Translations under genes and position numbers: made by a program | Shown here: piece by piece, positions 30,220-32,000 of the stretch | Layout of the letters: each line of letters opens with the position of its first letter | Position numbering within the stretch: the stretch's first letter is position 1 | Notes under the pieces: model-generated | What the model was told of the DNA's origin: nothing | The model's input: only the letters and a program-made list of their open reading frames with translations | Database searches by the model: none | Assembly: GCF_013365455.1 (NCBI RefSeq) | Contig: NZ_CP046578.1 | Location: 480,001-512,000 of the forward strand | Direction: 5' to 3' | Length of the DNA stretch: 32,000 nucleotides | Source: Wolbachia endosymbiont of Dirofilaria (Dirofilaria) immitis | GTDB taxonomy: Bacteria; Pseudomonadota; Alphaproteobacteria; Rickettsiales; Anaplasmataceae

Positions 30220-32000
30220 TCATATAAGCAAGCTATTTGTATTAATCTCCATACCTTTAACCCAGCTTAAATTAGATATTTCACAAGCAATTTGAGGGGT
30301 AATTGAATATGTATCCGGCAACAAGATACTTACCTTATACTTTCCACAGAAGAGTTTCAACATTATCTTGGTTCTGCCTCCATTTTTTAACACTGAATTT
30401 AGCTCCTTAGCAATTTTTTGCGAGCCTTCATGCCCAGTTAAGACTAACCTCTCAATTATAGAAGTGATTCCATCTGTAAATTCAGATATACCCTTCCCTG
30501 CTAATCTTGTAGTACTTTCTGAAGTTTCAAGGTCAATTATAACAAATGTTCCAGGTAAAAATAGATTTCTTTTCCCTTCTATTATTTTATTATTGTAAAA
30601 TGCTATTTCAGAAATATTATATGGATCAGAAAGTGTGAGTATAACAAACCTTCCACGCTCTGAGGTTCTCATACGCACGTTTAATACTACACCAGCAGTT
30701 TTTGTCGTTCTATTCTCTCCAACAAATCCAATGTTTAATTTTTTTAAAAGAGTTCTAAATTTTTTAAGTGGATGATTAGTTAAGTAAAATCCTAGCGAAA
30801 ATAACTCATGCTCTAGTTTCTCTTCTTCATTAAAATCTTTCGTATCCTCAAGCTTCGGCTTTAGGACATCAAGATTATTAAATAAACCAGTTTGGTTTGA
30901 CTCCTTATTTTGTCTATTTTTATTTGCAAAGTAAATCAATGTATCTATTGACTCATACAACTGCTTTCTGTTTTGATGTACACTATCAAATACCCCAGCC
31001 TTAATTAGGCTTTCTAGAGCTCTTTTATTTATCACATGCCCAGAATCTTGAATAAATTCCCATATATTCTGATAAGTGCCAGAATTTGTGCCTACTATTC
31101 CTTCTGCTATAGAGAAACCAACATTACGCAAAGCAGCAATACCATAGCGTATATGTTTACCTTCTATTGAAAATAGAGCTTGAGACTTATTTACGTCAGG
31201 TGGAAGAACAATAATTCCACAAAGCTTTGCAGTATGATAAAACAAATTCAGTTTATCCCTATCACCGATATTTAAATTCATCAAGGCTGTAAAAAACTCC
31301 AACGGATAGTTGGCCTTAAGGTAAGCCGTTTGATAAGATATCACTGCATATGCAGCTGCATGAGATTTATTAAATCCATAACCAGCAAATTTCGCAACAA
31401 GATCAAAAATATAACTTGCTCTATTATAATCAACACCATTTTTCATTGCTCCTTGGATAAAAAGTTCACGTTGTTTACCCATCTCTTCCTTGATTTTCTT
31501 ACCCATAGCACGCCTTAGTAGATCTGCCTCAGCTAGGCTGTATCCAGATAGAATACGTGCTATTTCCATTACCTGCTCTTGATAAATTATTACTCCAAAT
31601 GTTTCTTTTAATACTCCCTCAAGTAATGGATGGATATAATCTGGTTTTTCAAGTCCGTGTTTTCTTGCAATATAAGTCGGAATGTTATCCATAGGCCCTG
31701 GGCGATAAAGGGAGATCAAAGCGATAATATCTTCGATACAATCTGGTTTTAACTTGATTAAAGACTCTCTCATCCCAGAACTTTCAAGCTGGAACACTCC
31801 AATCGCATCACCTCTTGAGAGCATTTTATAGGTTCTATGATCATTCAAAGAAACTGAAGAAATATCAATTTTTTTTCCATCACGATCAATTAAACGGCAC
31901 ACATGATCTATTAGCGTCAGCGTGCCAAGACCAAGAAAATCAAACTTTATTAGTCCAGCTTTCTCTACATATTTCATGCTATACTGAGTTATTGGCAGAG
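30220..32000 (-). CDS. dnaE: DNA polymerase III subunit alpha, 5' end outside window
   Basis: 'LPITQYSMKYVEKAGLIKFDFLGLGTLTLIDHV', 'GDAIGVFQLESSGMRESLIKLKPDCIEDIIALISLYRPGPMDNIPTYIARKHG', 'YQEQVMEIARILSGYSLAEADLLRRAMGKKI', 'YGFNKSHAAAYAVISYQTAYLKANYP'. The frame is open past the listed ATG to the window end. Confidence 0.96.
   Translation of the reverse strand, partial: LPITQYSMKYVEKAGLIKFDFLGLGTLTLIDHVCRLIDRDGKKIDISSVSLNDHRTYKMLSRGDAIGVFQLESSGMRESLIKLKPDCIEDIIALISLYRPGPMDNIPTYIARKHGLEKPDYIHPLLEGVLKETFGVIIYQEQVMEIARILSGYSLAEADLLRRAMGKKIKEEMGKQRELFIQGAMKNGVDYNRASYIFDLVAKFAGYGFNKSHAAAYAVISYQTAYLKANYPLEFFTALMNLNIGDRDKLNLFYHTAKLCGIIVLPPDVNKSQALFSIEGKHIRYGIAALRNVGFSIAEGIVGTNSGTYQNIWEFIQDSGHVINKRALESLIKAGVFDSVHQNRKQLYESIDTLIYFANKNRQNKESNQTGLFNNLDVLKPKLEDTKDFNEEEKLEHELFSLGFYLTNHPLKKFRTLLKKLNIGFVGENRTTKTAGVVLNVRMRTSERGRFVILTLSDPYNISEIAFYNNKIIEGKRNLFLPGTFVIIDLETSESTTRLAGKGISEFTDGITSIIERLVLTGHEGSQKIAKELNSVLKNGGRTKIMLKLFCGKYKVSILLPDTYSITPQIACEISNLSWVKGMEINTNSLLI

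Noticed and set aside
1-32000. CRISPR arrays, insertion sequences, prophage or toxin-antitoxin operons
   Set aside because: No regularly spaced direct repeats, no intact transposase or integrase, and no paired toxin gene were visible.

Overview
AT-rich chromosomal window with about 31% non-coding DNA. Gene content and protein sequences fit the order Rickettsiales, family Anaplasmataceae, and look Ehrlichia-like; this taxonomy is inference. The window is mostly housekeeping genes: addA (partial), secG-pyrG-tadA, an MHS-type MFS transporter, a minus-strand cluster ctaE/cox3 - ruvC remnant - bolA - metC-like - murE, metK, rplU-rpmA-tRNA-Ile, gatB, dnaK, an RNase E/G gene, rpmG with a HigA2/XRE-like HTH gene, tRNA-Met(CAT)/purB, rpsF-rpsR-rplI, and dnaE (partial). 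I found no CRISPR array, intact mobile element or obvious new multi-gene system. The observations most worth a second look are: (1) a decayed ruvC (Holliday-junction resolvase) between cox3 and bolA, with frameshifts, a CAA->TAA-type stop and an internal deletion; (2) a bS6 (rpsF) ORF with a ~145-aa insertion inside the ribosomal protein fold; (3) purB whose stop codon lies inside the downstream same-strand tRNA-Met gene; (4) a degenerate ORF in the 5.99-6.30 kb spacer resembling the C-terminal part of Rpn/PD-(D/E)XK-type transposase-nucleases; (5) an isolated G8 tract in an AT-rich spacer; (6) an orphan HigA-type HTH gene beside rpmG. Several long spacers (2.85, 1.7, 1.1 and 1.0 kb) have no supportable genes.
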